Positions 36,331 to 59,493 of a stretch of DNA of 64,000 bases are shown piece after piece. The stretch's first letter is position 1. The number at the start of each line of letters is the position of its first letter. Origin of the DNA: Raillietiella orientalis (taxonomy: Eukaryota); NCBI GenBank assembly GCA_036172245.1, contig JAYWIR010000003.1, positions 2,542,001 to 2,606,000 on the forward strand. Reading direction: 5' to 3'. The notes beneath the pieces were generated by a model, which saw only the letters and a program-made list of their open reading frames with translations, was not told the origin of the DNA and ran no database searches. Made by a program: the position numbers and the translations under genes.

Positions 36331-37581
36331 GTTTATATGAAAAGCAGAGGGCAAGATAAACAAGAGAAAGTACAATTGTACTTAGGACACTAAAGAACCA
36401 GTGCCTTTCCGATGGCTAGAGACTCCCAGGAAGTTCTTTATCGTCCTGTGCAACGCCTGATTGGTTTCCAGGTTACGGGCATAGGAAAGTGCAAGTCATC
36501 ATCTTGCATTAGTACCGACCTTTGGATTTTTCGATGATGTCTCCGGAGGTTCCCTCCTACTGGGGGTGGAGGGTTTCGATGGAAGGGTACCCGTTGCTGC
36601 CTACCCTCGTGCCAAAGAAGCCTTCACTTTTCTTACGTTGCGCTCTTTCGTCTCTTTCAGGAGAGCCCCGGGGTGCAACGAAGCTCTCAGTGTGCGGAGA
36701 GTTACACTTGCGCACGGTTTCCATGGCCGCTCGCAAAAATGCTCCTGCATTCTCCTCCAAGGAACCCCACCGCTTTGGTCATCCCGGAGCGACCATGCTG
36801 AACGCGCGGCCCCAGAAATCGTGCATGAATTCCCCCCTCCCCATCGCCCGCAATCTGCCCTACGATGAGGTGAGCCGCGCGATCGGGGAACTGGTTATAG
36901 GGGTGGCGCAGGGCCCTCTTGCAGGGGTTTTCTGTCATTTGACAACTCTGCCGAGGAGGGCGTTGACTCGAGTCGCAGCCTCTTGTTTTCCCACGGGACC
37001 AGACTCAATTTTCAAGCGGAGTCAAGTCTCCGTTTGAAGACCCCCCCCCCGGTGACGAACTCTCAGCTGGGGCGCTGCAGTTTGAGGTCTCCCATGCTGG
37101 CGCTCGTGGCGACACTCGGGTGGATGTACCGCCAGGTTTCGCGACACGGCCGACCTTCAGCCGACATCGGAATTACCAGCACGCAGGATGCAAAAAGAAA
37201 AAACACAAGAAATTCCACGCAAGGTGCACCACGGATGAGTAACACTGGAATTGCGAATCGGTCTTCAGTCTTCAGTCAACCAAGGAGGCATCGATAGCTT
37301 TCCATGCCGTCTCCGGATGGCGCGTGAAAGGCAGGCAGAGCGCCGCCCCCGTCTTGTGCGAACGGAGCGGTGCAGGAGCGGCCCTTCGCCTGAAGCGCGC
37401 AAAGGGCCCAGGGTGGCTGTGGCGGAGGCAAGGAAGCAGCGCCACGTCCACCATCTCCTGGGCATTTAGCGGCGGGGGATCGCGGGAATGACCAGGTCAG
37501 CCCGAGCAATCACCGAAGCTTCAAAATGAAACGCAGCGCCACCGGGAAAACCAGCGGGCGTGAACAGCAGCAGCAGCAGAC

Positions 37582-37587
37582 TTTATT
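37582..37587 (-). terminator. Candidate proximal Ubx polyadenylation signal (AATAAA), ~2.0 kb after the stop
   Basis: First minus-strand AATAAA I found downstream of the stop, followed by the GU-rich gtctgctgctgctgctgttc. Confidence 0.35.
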
Positions 37588-38680
37588 GGCGTGCGATCGG
37601 TTGGGTACTGGCGCAGGGTGCACTGCGCAGGGTTCATATGGCAGGGGCAGCGTCCACCTTCCGTCCCTCAGCAATCTTTCAGTTTCAAGTCTTTTTCCCG
37701 ATGGGGTGATGCTCCTTCGAAGGTTGGCGGCAGCGACGGATCGCCCAGCAAGCATCAGAGGCAAACATCGACGCGTCCACGGTCATTGGCACCAACGGAA
37801 GTGACCTAACGTCCAGAGAACACGATGCCCAGAATCCGGAGAGAAGGAAAATAAATGAGGGATGCTGCGCGTGAGAGGAGCTGGATCGCTTCCCGGGCGC
37901 GCCGCGAAGGGTGATCCCAAAGGAGCGCGTCCCTCATAAGCTGTCTTCCTCCACGGGCGAAGCAGCGCGAGACCTTTCGCTCTCCGACCACAGAAGGAGC
38001 CACCGTCTCTTGCTCCCGCGAAGAGCTCGGAGATCCCCTAGCGTGGGTTCTCCTTCCCCCGGTTCCATCCTCCAGGATGGAGGGAAGATCAGCGAGAGAG
38101 GATGAGCAGAAAAAGCAAGAAATGCCGAAGACAAAGCGGTTTCAGCGAGGAGATCCATGGGCGCTTCCGACTCAGAGTGGCCTATATTGCTAGCCGAGAG
38201 ACATCCCGAAAGCAATCAGTAACTCTTTAGGACAGCAGGAGGGAGCAGGTCAAAAACTCCCTGCTCGCCTTTCTTTCTACATTCCTGGAGCATACGGACA
38301 TCGAACGCCGTTGCCAGGGAGACGTTCAGCTATCGGAGGGAGGACAGTACGGGTACGGGAGGAATGATCAAGAGAGGGTCTCAGCATCTCAGCAGCTGCC
38401 GCTTCTTATAAAGGGAAGGAACCAAGTGAGCAGAAACGTCCCATCCAGCAGATGCCATCGAGCAACATGCTGGGGGCAGCGACAGGTCTTCCGAAAACCT
38501 GAGAGCAGCGTTCCCTGGGGTGCTTCGCCTATGAGGGGTGGGGTCAACTTCTCTTTCGAGAAGATCGATGGGAAAACTACTTCCCCACCGAGGTGTCTAC
38601 GAGGAAGGGCACGTGGGGAGCAAGGGTGAGTTCATGCAGCGTAAGGGGTGGGATGAAATGGGACGTGTGACGAGAAGCTA

Positions 38681-39208
38681 GAAGATGCTGGTCAAGCAGA
38701 ATGTGTCCCAAGTGCAGAAGTACCCGCTTGAAGGAGAGGATCAACTAGGACGTGCTCAAAAGGAGGAGCACTCTCTCGAAGGCGAGGGTTAACCATAACG
38801 CGCCCAATGGGTGGAGGCAGTTGCTCAAAGGCGCGGGTTAACAAGGTCTCCCAAGGGCGAAGTACTCGCTTAAAGGCATGGGTCAACCAGAGCGCGCCCA
38901 AGGGGCGAAGTACTTTCTCGAAGGCAACTAGAATGTGTCTTAAGGGCGAAGTACTCTCTCGAAGGCACGGGTCAACAGGACGTGCTCAAAAGGATGGAGG
39001 CACTCGCTCGAAGGCGCGGGTTAACGAGAAAGTTCCCAAAGGGCGGAGCACTCGCTCGAAGGCGAGGATCAACCAGAACATGCCCAAAGGGCGGAGGTAG
39101 TCGCTCAAAAGCGCGGGTTACCAAGAATATGCCCCAAGGGCGAAATACTCGCTCCAAGGGGAGGGTCAACTAGAACGTGCCCAAGGGTGGAAGTACCCGC
39201 TCGAAGAT
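38681..39208. repeat. Degenerate minisatellite, ~11 copies of a ~44-49 bp unit (consensus approx. GGGTCAACCAGAACGTGCCCAAGGGCGGAAGTACTCGCTCGAAGGCGC)
   Basis: Units can be aligned by eye; examples start near 38690, 38738, 38786, 38835, 38880, 38925 and 38969. All share GG(G/A)T(C/T)AAC...CAA(A)GGG...TCGCTC(G/A)AAGG, with indels. Confidence 0.92.
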
Positions 39209-39623
39209 GGATCGTCTGCGTCAGGAAACCTTATGTGGTTTTGGTGCAACCGACGCGGTGAGATGCCCGGAGAAGAGGCGCCGAGCTCACGCTCTCAGTG
39301 GAACTAGTCGATCCCTCCGGGAACGGCAAGGGAGCTGCAGGTCCATGCGGGACACGGGGGAACCTGGCGCAGCGCAAGGCCGGCGTCGAAGAGTCTTTTG
39401 CAGTCGGATCTCCGGCAAACTGGACGAGCCTCACCGCGAGGCTCCGTGAGTTCGCGCCTGAATTCATTTCTCCCTTTCTCTTCCTTCCTTCGCCCCCCTC
39501 TCCCCGCGCGCACTAACGAGGGCGTGCCCGGCAGCCCTCCGAGCTGGAAGCAGCAGGAGGAAAGAAAACGCACCTACCTTAGGGTTTCTCATTGCAAGAC
39601 GACGTGAGGGTTGGTGCTCCGTG

Positions 39624-50600
<10,977 letters not shown>

Positions 50601-51224
50601 CCGATCGCCGTGCAAGGCGGGTCGCTCTGGTTCCCGGAGAATGGAAGCTCCTCGTCTGACATCTGATACGAATTTATCTCGTTACCGGCGAATCCGTTCG
50701 CTCGTTCATCTGGGATTCCACTCTCCGTTCCATCGCTCAGTCGCCGAGGTCCATTGCCAGCTGGAGTGGAGCGAATTCGAAATTCCAACCTGGCTTATTT
50801 ACGATCTCCTTCCGAGATGCTGACACCGAGATACAAAACAACGTCCAATGGGAGAGCTCACCGCCGGCAAATCCGATCGACCATGGCTGCCATCGCGAGG
50901 AAGGAAGGGAGAAAGAGGAAGAGGAAAAGAGTTGCTTTCTATTCCCGCTTTCCCGAGATTTCGAAAGGCGTTGTCTTTTCGGCAGCATCCTGCTCAAGGG
51001 ATGCAAGGAGGACGCTGATTAATCCTGGATCGGCGGGATGGATCCCCCACCCGCGGTATGGGTTCCTCGGGAAAACGAGAATCCGCTTCGGGGGATGGAA
51101 GTTCCTCCATCCTCTGCTGTCCGAGTCTTGCGGGCTGCGATGGTATTGGCTGGATGCAAGAACGTAAATGTGCGTTTTCGAGAGAAGCACGTGCTCCCAT
51201 TGGTTTCGACACACGTTTCCAGGA

Positions 51225-51440
51225 AACTAATTAATAACGAAATTCAGAATTAAGACAGCTTTGAGAGCCATAAATCAGAGCTCAATTTAGGAATGGCTAG
51301 CGCCATGTAAATACAGAACGTGATCACATGAGCCATCCCTGGAAAACGAGCCAGTGCGCCCATAATTTACTTCCCCCCCGTTTCTCGAAGACCCCTTCCA
51401 CAATTTGGCTTTCAAAAGAGAACCCCACAATTAATTGGGG
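51225..51440. promoter_or_regulatory. AT-rich homeodomain-site cluster with an Exd-Hox site; candidate intronic enhancer
   Basis: TGATTTATGGC on the minus strand at 51277-51267, with nearby ctaattaata, cataattta and caattaattg, embedded in GC-rich DNA. Confidence 0.42.
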
Positions 51441-54400
51441 AGAAATAATTTCTGCCTCCGCCGACACAAATCGCTCGAGAGGATGCAGGGATGCTGAGCC
51501 GAAACCACGCCTCGGGAGCGTGTCACCCCGGTGGCTAAGCGGAGACTCGTCCCGGATTGCCTGACACGGACTCCTAGGTTCCGGATGCTGCCGGAGATCT
51601 TGATCGAGCGCCTGCTCCTCACAAGGTGTCTGCTGACGGAAGGCGAAGGAGTCCCACGAGCAGCTCCGTTGCTCTGCGAGGACCACCTCCGCGAACACAG
51701 CGCTGTTCCACTCGCTGCTGGTTCGTCTCTTCCCTAGCTCCCCTCTTCTTCGTGCGATGCTCTCTGGACCTTTCCTCGAACCCAGAGTACTCTCTTGCAG
51801 CTCCTTCCATGGAAGCGGAGTTTCCCTTCCATGCGTCACAGAAAATGGCAACTGCGAACGTTTCAAGCACAAGCATCCTCGAATTCATCATGTCAGGAGC
51901 AAAGCCCTTAAGGACGGCAGGTCAGGGGCAGTTCCATCCCAGCCAACGCTGCACTCTCCCTTCGTGCCTTCCCCTTCGAGCACTCTGCATTAGGCGGAAG
52001 GAGATTTTTTTTTTCTCTCTTCTCGAAAGTCGCTTCTCGATTCAGGGATTTCCAGTTATCTGATCCCCTAACGTTGCTTCAGAACTGTACATAAATTCAC
52101 TCGAGAACCTGCGGGCCCTCTTCGGCATCGGTCGGACCCTGGAAACAACGCTCCACTTCCTCCTTCCGCTCCCTCCTTCATCCCATCATGGAGCAGGCCC
52201 CCTCCAAGGGATGGAATCCCTTAATCATAAAAATCTATTGTTTTATAATCGGATGCGTTTTTACTTTCGCTCCATTTGCAGCGACACGTCTTCCTGTCCT
52301 CTGTGCGCAATCTCTTCCATTAAGGCATCTGACAGCGGTTGTAAAACGAGGGAGGAAGAAGAGGAAAAGGAAAAAAAAAACGGAAAAGGTCGGAGCTGCG
52401 AGTCCGCCTGTGATGCAAGCCAGTCTTGATAAGGGACCGATTCAAGAAAAAGCCTGGCACCCCTGCAGCGGTCACCTGCTTCGAATGATGCACCCGCAGC
52501 CACCGCTGCCGCAGGAACCTCCTTTTCCTTCCCCACCTTAGCGTCAAGCGGGCGGCGGCAGCGATGGAGCCGGTCGGTTCCGGCGCCAAGGTGGCTCCGG
52601 GAAAAACTCGAGTGGGTGCGCAGGAGAAGGAGGGAGGAATTCCTCGCCCCGCGCCTGTGTCGCCGACCGGGAGGCGATTGCTCCCAGCGGTGCGACCCGG
52701 AAGTGCCGGGGAACCGCCGCCGCAGAGCTGAAGACGCGCGCGGCGCAGGCGCAGTGCTTCCATCTCGCGGAACGGAGGAGTCGCCTCCGCCTTGCTTCCT
52801 CTCCTCGCCTCCGAGTTTCCGCCACTGCGGGAACCTTGTCCGCGGGGAAGATCCGTGTTCCTGCCGCAGCATCCAGCAGCTTCGCGAGTATCGCTTCCTG
52901 GAGAAGCGACTCAGCCCTCACCTAAACCCCGAGGCTGGCCAATCTCAGGCTTCGTCCAATCAGAGGAGAGGACGAGTAGGATGGAGCTCATGATAAGGGT
53001 GTCTGCGAACGCTCCGGCGATATCTCTCGCTCTAATCTTTTTCATACTCTCAGCGATTTTCTATTTCGAGATGACAGCCGGAGGGGAGCAGAGATTTACA
53101 CGAAACTGGGCAGAGAAACGGAAATGCAAAGGCGACCCAGTTGTTTCAATTAAAACCGGTTCCGGCAGCCATGGAGACGGGAAATCAAAAAGCCGCCGGA
53201 AACTCTCATGCTTCAAAGAAATGGCCCTCAGGAAGAGAGGCGCGCGCCCGGACCGGCCGCGTGCCGGAGGTCCTGGCCGAATCTCTCGCGGTCTCCACTG
53301 AAACCGAGGTCCTCCCGGAGAGTGGTCCTGTTCCTCTGGCAGCCGGCTGGGTGACCACACGAAGAGAGAGCAGGACGCTCCGGATGGCGTCCTGGAGACC
53401 ACGGAGGAAGCCGTGCTCTGGGATGCGCGGGGAGTTTCCAGGAAGGGAGGGGAGGGGGAGGGAAAACGAAGAGATTGGAGGAGGAGAGCCGTTCCTGGAG
53501 CTTTCCAAGTGGCAGGGGTGCGGCAGCAGTGGCAGCATGCAAAGGACGCGAATATCTTCGGTGTCAAAGCAGAAGACCGGACCGGCTCTCCTCCGCGCGT
53601 CTGGAGAAGACGGAACTCGTTTTTTATTCCCCTTCCTTCCCCGTTCCTGGCCCCTCGTCTGTCTCCCGCAGAATGCTCCTGCATCCGCTGCTGCTGGACC
53701 GAGCTGCGGACCCTCGCGACTCGGCGGGGGTTCGGCGGCTGCTCCGCCCCTTCCGAAAACACAAACAAAAGAGACTTTTTTTTTCTTTCTCTTCCCCTTC
53801 GAGGATGCGAAGAGCCAACCGCCGACCGCAGCTTCCTCGGCGGCGTCTGCCTCCGGCAAGACTGCAGCCCGCAGCGAATGGGGGTGGTGCGCGCGCCCGT
53901 TGAAGCCCTTAGTCGGGGGATCGTTCTTCCCCCCCACCCCCACCCCAACCGGGTGGTGCTTCAGCCGCTTCGAATTGCGGCTCTCACCACGCGCGGATGA
54001 GCAGCTGCTCCGCGGAAGCTTCTTCCGCAGACCTCGCCAGCATCGCGGACTTTCCCACGGGACGCGACGGAGAGCGGCGGCGTGGTTTCTGGGATGCTCC
54101 TCCCAAACCCTCTAAGACCGGCGAGGAGCAAGGGTGGAAGTGCGGAAAGCGGACCTTCCAGCGGACTTCGGAAAAGGAAAAAGCGAGTTGGCGCCATCTC
54201 TTCTTTTGCCCCTATTCGGAAATGTCGGAGGTGGGAGCACCATCGTTGCGGCGCGCGAAAGCGGTTCCGTCGACGACGAAGATAGAAGGCCAAACCCAAA
54301 CCTGTAGTAGACGGGATCGCTGGATGGAATTCGGCAAGCGGAGGATTGCAGGCGGGGCCACGGAGGTGCTGCTGAGAAAACGAGTTGGGAAGATGTTTCT

Positions 54401-57400
54401 GGAGCTTCCAGGCAGGCTGGAGAGCATTGTCGGAGGAGGAACTTGGGAGGCAGCTCGTTTCCGGGAATTTCGCCCTCTCCTTCCGCTTTGCTCTTTTCCA
54501 CTCCTTCGACCACGCCGAAGACGAGGTAAAGAGCGTTCCCTCTATGGCGAATAAGAATGTTATCCCCTCCTCCTCTCCCCCTCCCCCTATCCCGTGGTTT
54601 GTTTGCTGACTCGACCTCGATGTCTTGGAGCGGAGCGAGTAGAGCGAGCTCGAGGAACGGGTGATGAAACAATGGAATGCTCAGGATGAAAAGGTGGATG
54701 GAGACCACAAGGGTCAAGAGGTGCGACCCGTGTGCTCGAGGAGGAGGTCAGGTTGTCTCTCTGGAAATGACGCGTTTTGCTTCAGGGAGCTCCATCCCGC
54801 GAAAATGGCAACCACACTTGGAAGCGCGCGTTTACCAAGGCAGCAGCCGCGGCGGTCTCGGTGGGAAAAGACCTAGAGTCTTTGAATGTTCCTTCCTGGC
54901 CATCTCTTCTTCGCGCATCTTCTTATGGAACCCTTCTCCATCCACTCTCGTTGCATGCCCATCGGGTCCATTCATTCTGATGCTCCAGCGATCTGGAACT
55001 TCCGCCTCGAAAATGAAACTGCCTGCAAGTAGCGTTTTGTGCTTTCCTTGCTTTGCCTTCTTCTGCTTTTCGGTTCGCTCTCTTCTGGAAGCTGCTTCGC
55101 GGAGATGATGAACTTCCGCTTTTCGAAAACGCGGATGTGACCGGGTTGGCACGGGGATGGACCGGACGGTTCGATTTCCGGTTCGCGGCATCCTGGCGAG
55201 CCGGCTCGGCAGCACTCACAGCAGAGAGCTGGAGCGCGCCTGCCGTCAGGCAAACGTGCCGGGCGTCCGAAACTCCCTTTGAGACGGAGATGGCAGCTCG
55301 GATCTCCTCCCTCAAGTGCGGTATCGACTGAGAACAGGTCACGGAGCTCCCCTTGTTCCAAGAGCGAATTCTCATGAGGAACCATGCCAAGTTATCCCGG
55401 ACTCATTCTCTCATCAGACTGATGTTTGCTCACGTGCAAGGAAGTGTCGCAGACCGTCGACTTTTGGTTCCCTTTATAAAGGCAAGCCAGGAGGTGGGGG
55501 CAAGGAAAAGGATGAAGGAGAAAATAGGAGAAGCTGGAGGATTGGAAAATACACCCTGCAGTCCTAGTTCGTTCCGCATGCGTGCCCTATCATCTCTGGG
55601 AGGAGAAAAGGTCGAACTCTTCTGCTACCACCAGTTCTGCAAGCTGTCGCCGTTTCCAAGAGAGCAAGCATCCACCCGAATGGAAAAATCCGCGCTTCCG
55701 TTTGCAGCTGCCTGCGGAATTCGCGTTCTTGCAGCGTGAACGGCGTAACAAAATAAACGTAGCGGCGGTTGATCAAGAAGAGGATAACTGAAATCCAGCA
55801 GATGAGTCAATCGAAAGGGACTGAGAGCAGAGAGTAGATGAAAAGAGGAACACGGAAAAACTTGGCACAAGGTTTCTCCCGATCAGGAAGAGAAGGTTGC
55901 GTCCCCGCGATTCCCGAAACCCCTTGCAGCAATGGTTACTTCGCCCACTGAGGTCTCATGGCGAGGAAACAGCTTCGGAAAGAAGGAATTCAACCCGTTG
56001 GCTCTTGGTAGGCTTGCTCGGATTCAAACCGCGAGAGACAGGATGGATGAGAGGCTGCGCGGGGTGAGGAGGGGCGAGCATTTTTGCGCATCGGGACCGC
56101 CGAAGACGGAAGGAGGCATCCGTGCGCTCTCTCGTTTCGGTGCGAAAGCACAGCATGCGTGAATTCCTCAGCCGCAGCGAAACGCTCCTGGATCGAAGGT
56201 ATTTGAAATTTTCCCTCCGTTTCTTCTGTTCCTTTCTTCCGGAATTTGGACTCGCCTTCTGGAATGTTCTCTTGCTCCTGTTGAAATCGGCTACGCACCG
56301 TATCCTACTTTCCTATCCACATTAGATTGAAAAGGGCCTGCAGGATCTGCCATTGTCATCCCCATTTGAACCTGAAGCAGCCGGACCCGTCTATCCGAGT
56401 GTATTACTTCCTTTTGCTCTCACGGAAAAATCTCGGGTGAATGTTGCGGATGAGACAGCTATCATGTCTTTTTCCTTTCACACCTGCTAGCAGGATGCCA
56501 CGGCAACTTGGGGACAGGTGACATTTGCTCTATCAGATGCTCCTGGGGAGCAGCAGCCAAGCAGAGTTCACGGAGGCACTGCGTTTTCGCGGCAACACAC
56601 CCAGCGCTGTGGAGATCCCACTCGCTACCGAGACAAGCTCCTCGGTCATCGAGAATGCTTCTCGAGCTGGAACGAGGGCTGTTTGGGACGGCCTGCCCGT
56701 AGGTACTGAGCGACTGCACTGCCAGTGGCTTTTCTCCAGACCACCTAGAGCAGGTGTTTTACCCTGCCCAGTGGAACGGGGTTGCTTCACAATTTTATCT
56801 TTTGCGGCCCTACTGCTTGTTTGGGTTCGCTTCTGGTGAGACAGCCGCAGCACAAGAGTCTCAAGAGTGATCCAGTCGGAAGGCTAGTTCAAGTCACCAT
56901 TGGAAACCCCGTTCTCACGAGATTTCTCCGAAGAAATTACAAGGAGCAACAGGAAAAATCCGAGAATCCAATGTGACTGGCTTCTCGATGGCAGCTTTTT
57001 ATCAAAAAATCTTCCCTCGAAGGCCTCGGCAAGAATTGAAGATGCCGTTTTGTATGTGCTGAAGATGCTCTACATTCCGCAGCAACGGAAAGCAGGAATC
57101 TCTGCTTTCAAATTTCCAAGACAGCCGTCGCCGTGAAGGGAGCTGCACGGTCAAATAGAAAATCGCAGGGCAGAACTTCCTCTTGGTCATTTAGACTGGA
57201 GAAGGGAAGCGGTCTCAAATGTCATCATCAGAGGCCACCAATCCTTCTATCCTCTCTGTGGTTAGGAATTTGAGGTCTCTACTTTGGCTCTTCACAATGG
57301 CAAGGATTGCAGATAACGCCTCCGAGAGAGTGAATAATGGGAGTTGACTACTTTACATAACAGTGGGTTGCGTGCAACGGAAAGAGATTTCGAGCAAGCA

Positions 57401-59456
57401 GCACCACAGAGGAACTCAGAGCCTTCTACTTCTGCGTATGGGATCTCCAATGAGTCGACGGAACCATTTCCACGGAGAAGCAGAGATTCACTTGTCCCTA
57501 GTATCACAATCCAGCCAGTCAGGATGCTGCGAGCCTTCCGTTCATTCCCTGCTTAAGAAGAGCGTGCGCGCTCACGTAAACCCCTTCATGAATGAGAAAA
57601 CCACCAGGAAGGATAGAAACGCGTGTTTCTCCTTTGGATTCGAATCCTCTTTCTACAGCAGAACCCCGGATTCTGTGATTTCGCGGACGCAACGAAAGGA
57701 AGGCCCCGGAATCCAGGAAAGCGTGGGCGTGAGCTTCATCATACTAACGCGCCTGGGTCTGCAACATGGCTGCCCAGTAAGCTCTCCACCTTTAGCTTTT
57801 CGAACCCGAAGGAATCCTCCCCTCCCCAGGGACTTCCACGAAACCATGGAAAGCTATACAGCTGGCTACCTGGACACCCCTAGGAGAGCTTTGCGAATCG
57901 GAAAGCCTGCCGGAGAAGAATGGAGTAGGAGTAGCCGACGACGATCGTGATGTTGCTGTTGCAAACGAAGGGACAGTGTCTTCGTTTGTCACACTTTCTA
58001 AATAAAAAAGATTCGTTTGTTCCCTTGCCAGCTTTCGGAACTTTATGGGAGCGAATCTCTCGAGAGCAACTGCCTCAGCTGGTGGATGTGCAGCGTCTTT
58101 CGGGGAGCGGATCTTACTTGAGGAACATGAATCTTTCAGAAAACCGCAAGTAAAACGGAATTCGGAATTCGTTTCGAACCAAAAACCTAGTTACGGAAGA
58201 AGTTATGGGAACACACGTTCGGCACGCGTTCGGGCATGCAGGCAGAAGAATTCTCGGCCGCAGGAGTGATATAGAACGCGTAGGTAAGGCAGTTGGTGAT
58301 GCTGAGAAATAAAGTGTTCGAGGTGCCAGCAAACTATTTGCGAAGGGGTAAAATATTGATTTTGAGGCAGGATGGGAAGCACAGAAATAAATGTCCTGTC
58401 AATTAGAGCACTGAACCGAATTCGGGAATGAATGAGAAGCCAACAAACGCAGGTTTTTGTCTTTATCGTGCGAACTCATTTCCTGGGAGCCATGAGCCAC
58501 GGCTCACGGAAGAAAACTTGCGGTGCAAAGTTGGTAATCAGGAAAGCAGGAATTCATTTCTCATGTTTGGGACTGTCATGCCAGGACAGAGGAGGAGAAC
58601 GCCAGGCTTCCTCTTGGGGGATAATTCACATGCGAGCCTATAAATCAGCTGAAGCTGATCGTGTACGATCTTTGAAGAGGCATTCGTAATGAAGCCGCAC
58701 GCACGTTCCTGCCTTCCCCTTAAACTATTCCGAAAACCTAGGAATAGGGACCCAAATCCTCATTGTTCTTCCCGTGTTAATTGAGGAGCCGGACCTTTCG
58801 ATACACATGACGGGTTCATTCATTTTTTTCCTCAAAAATTTTCCTCAGGCTCACGTTCGGAGATCTTGATTTTCTCACTTAATGAGCGCTTTGCCTAGCT
58901 ACGAACGAAGTGCCAAAGAGCAAAGGCTTCCAGTTATGGGGTAGCTGAAACAACCTATCAGATGCCATTATGAGCAAGACTTACAAAGGAAATCACTCTT
59001 CATATTCTTCAGTTATTCACACCTCTTTGTTTTTGTGTGTGTGTTTTTTTTTTTTTTGTTTTACCCTTCATCTGAGGTACAGTAGCAACATACCAATGAA
59101 GGCCGTACTGAGGAACACTTGAGGCACATGTGCCTCAGTACTTCCTTCATTGAAAGGCTGCTCAAGCATTGCACCTTACTTATGCGAAACTCATCAACTC
59201 CCGTATCATCTTTTTCCTCCTGCTTCCTCCAGCCTTCGTCTTGAGCGAAATTTGCATCTTGCTTCGCAACACATCAGTTCAGAAATTTATGTGGATCGCT
59301 CCAAGGGTGCAAACAAATTTTCAGAAAACACATTTGCAGGACTTACTGCTTGCATGATAATTGGGTTGTCTTAAGGAACAGCTCGCACTGTTAACGGAAC
59401 ATTTTGATGCGACTCACCACTCTACCTCGAATGCGTACAGAATGAATGCTTTCCTT

Positions 59457-59457
<1 letters not shown>

Positions 59458-59488
<31 letters not shown>
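59458..59488. repeat. (GA)n microsatellite
   Basis: Directly visible, about 15 units. Confidence 0.95.

Positions 59489-59493
<5 letters not shown>

Noticed and set aside
38807..39173. ORFs with 16-aa repeats (RVNQNMPKGGSTRSKA-like)
   Set aside because: Translation of the ~48-bp minisatellite; unit indels shift the frame repeatedly.
38681..39208. Repeat array considered as CRISPR-like
   Set aside because: Contiguous degenerate units without unique spacers, no cas genes, and a eukaryotic context.
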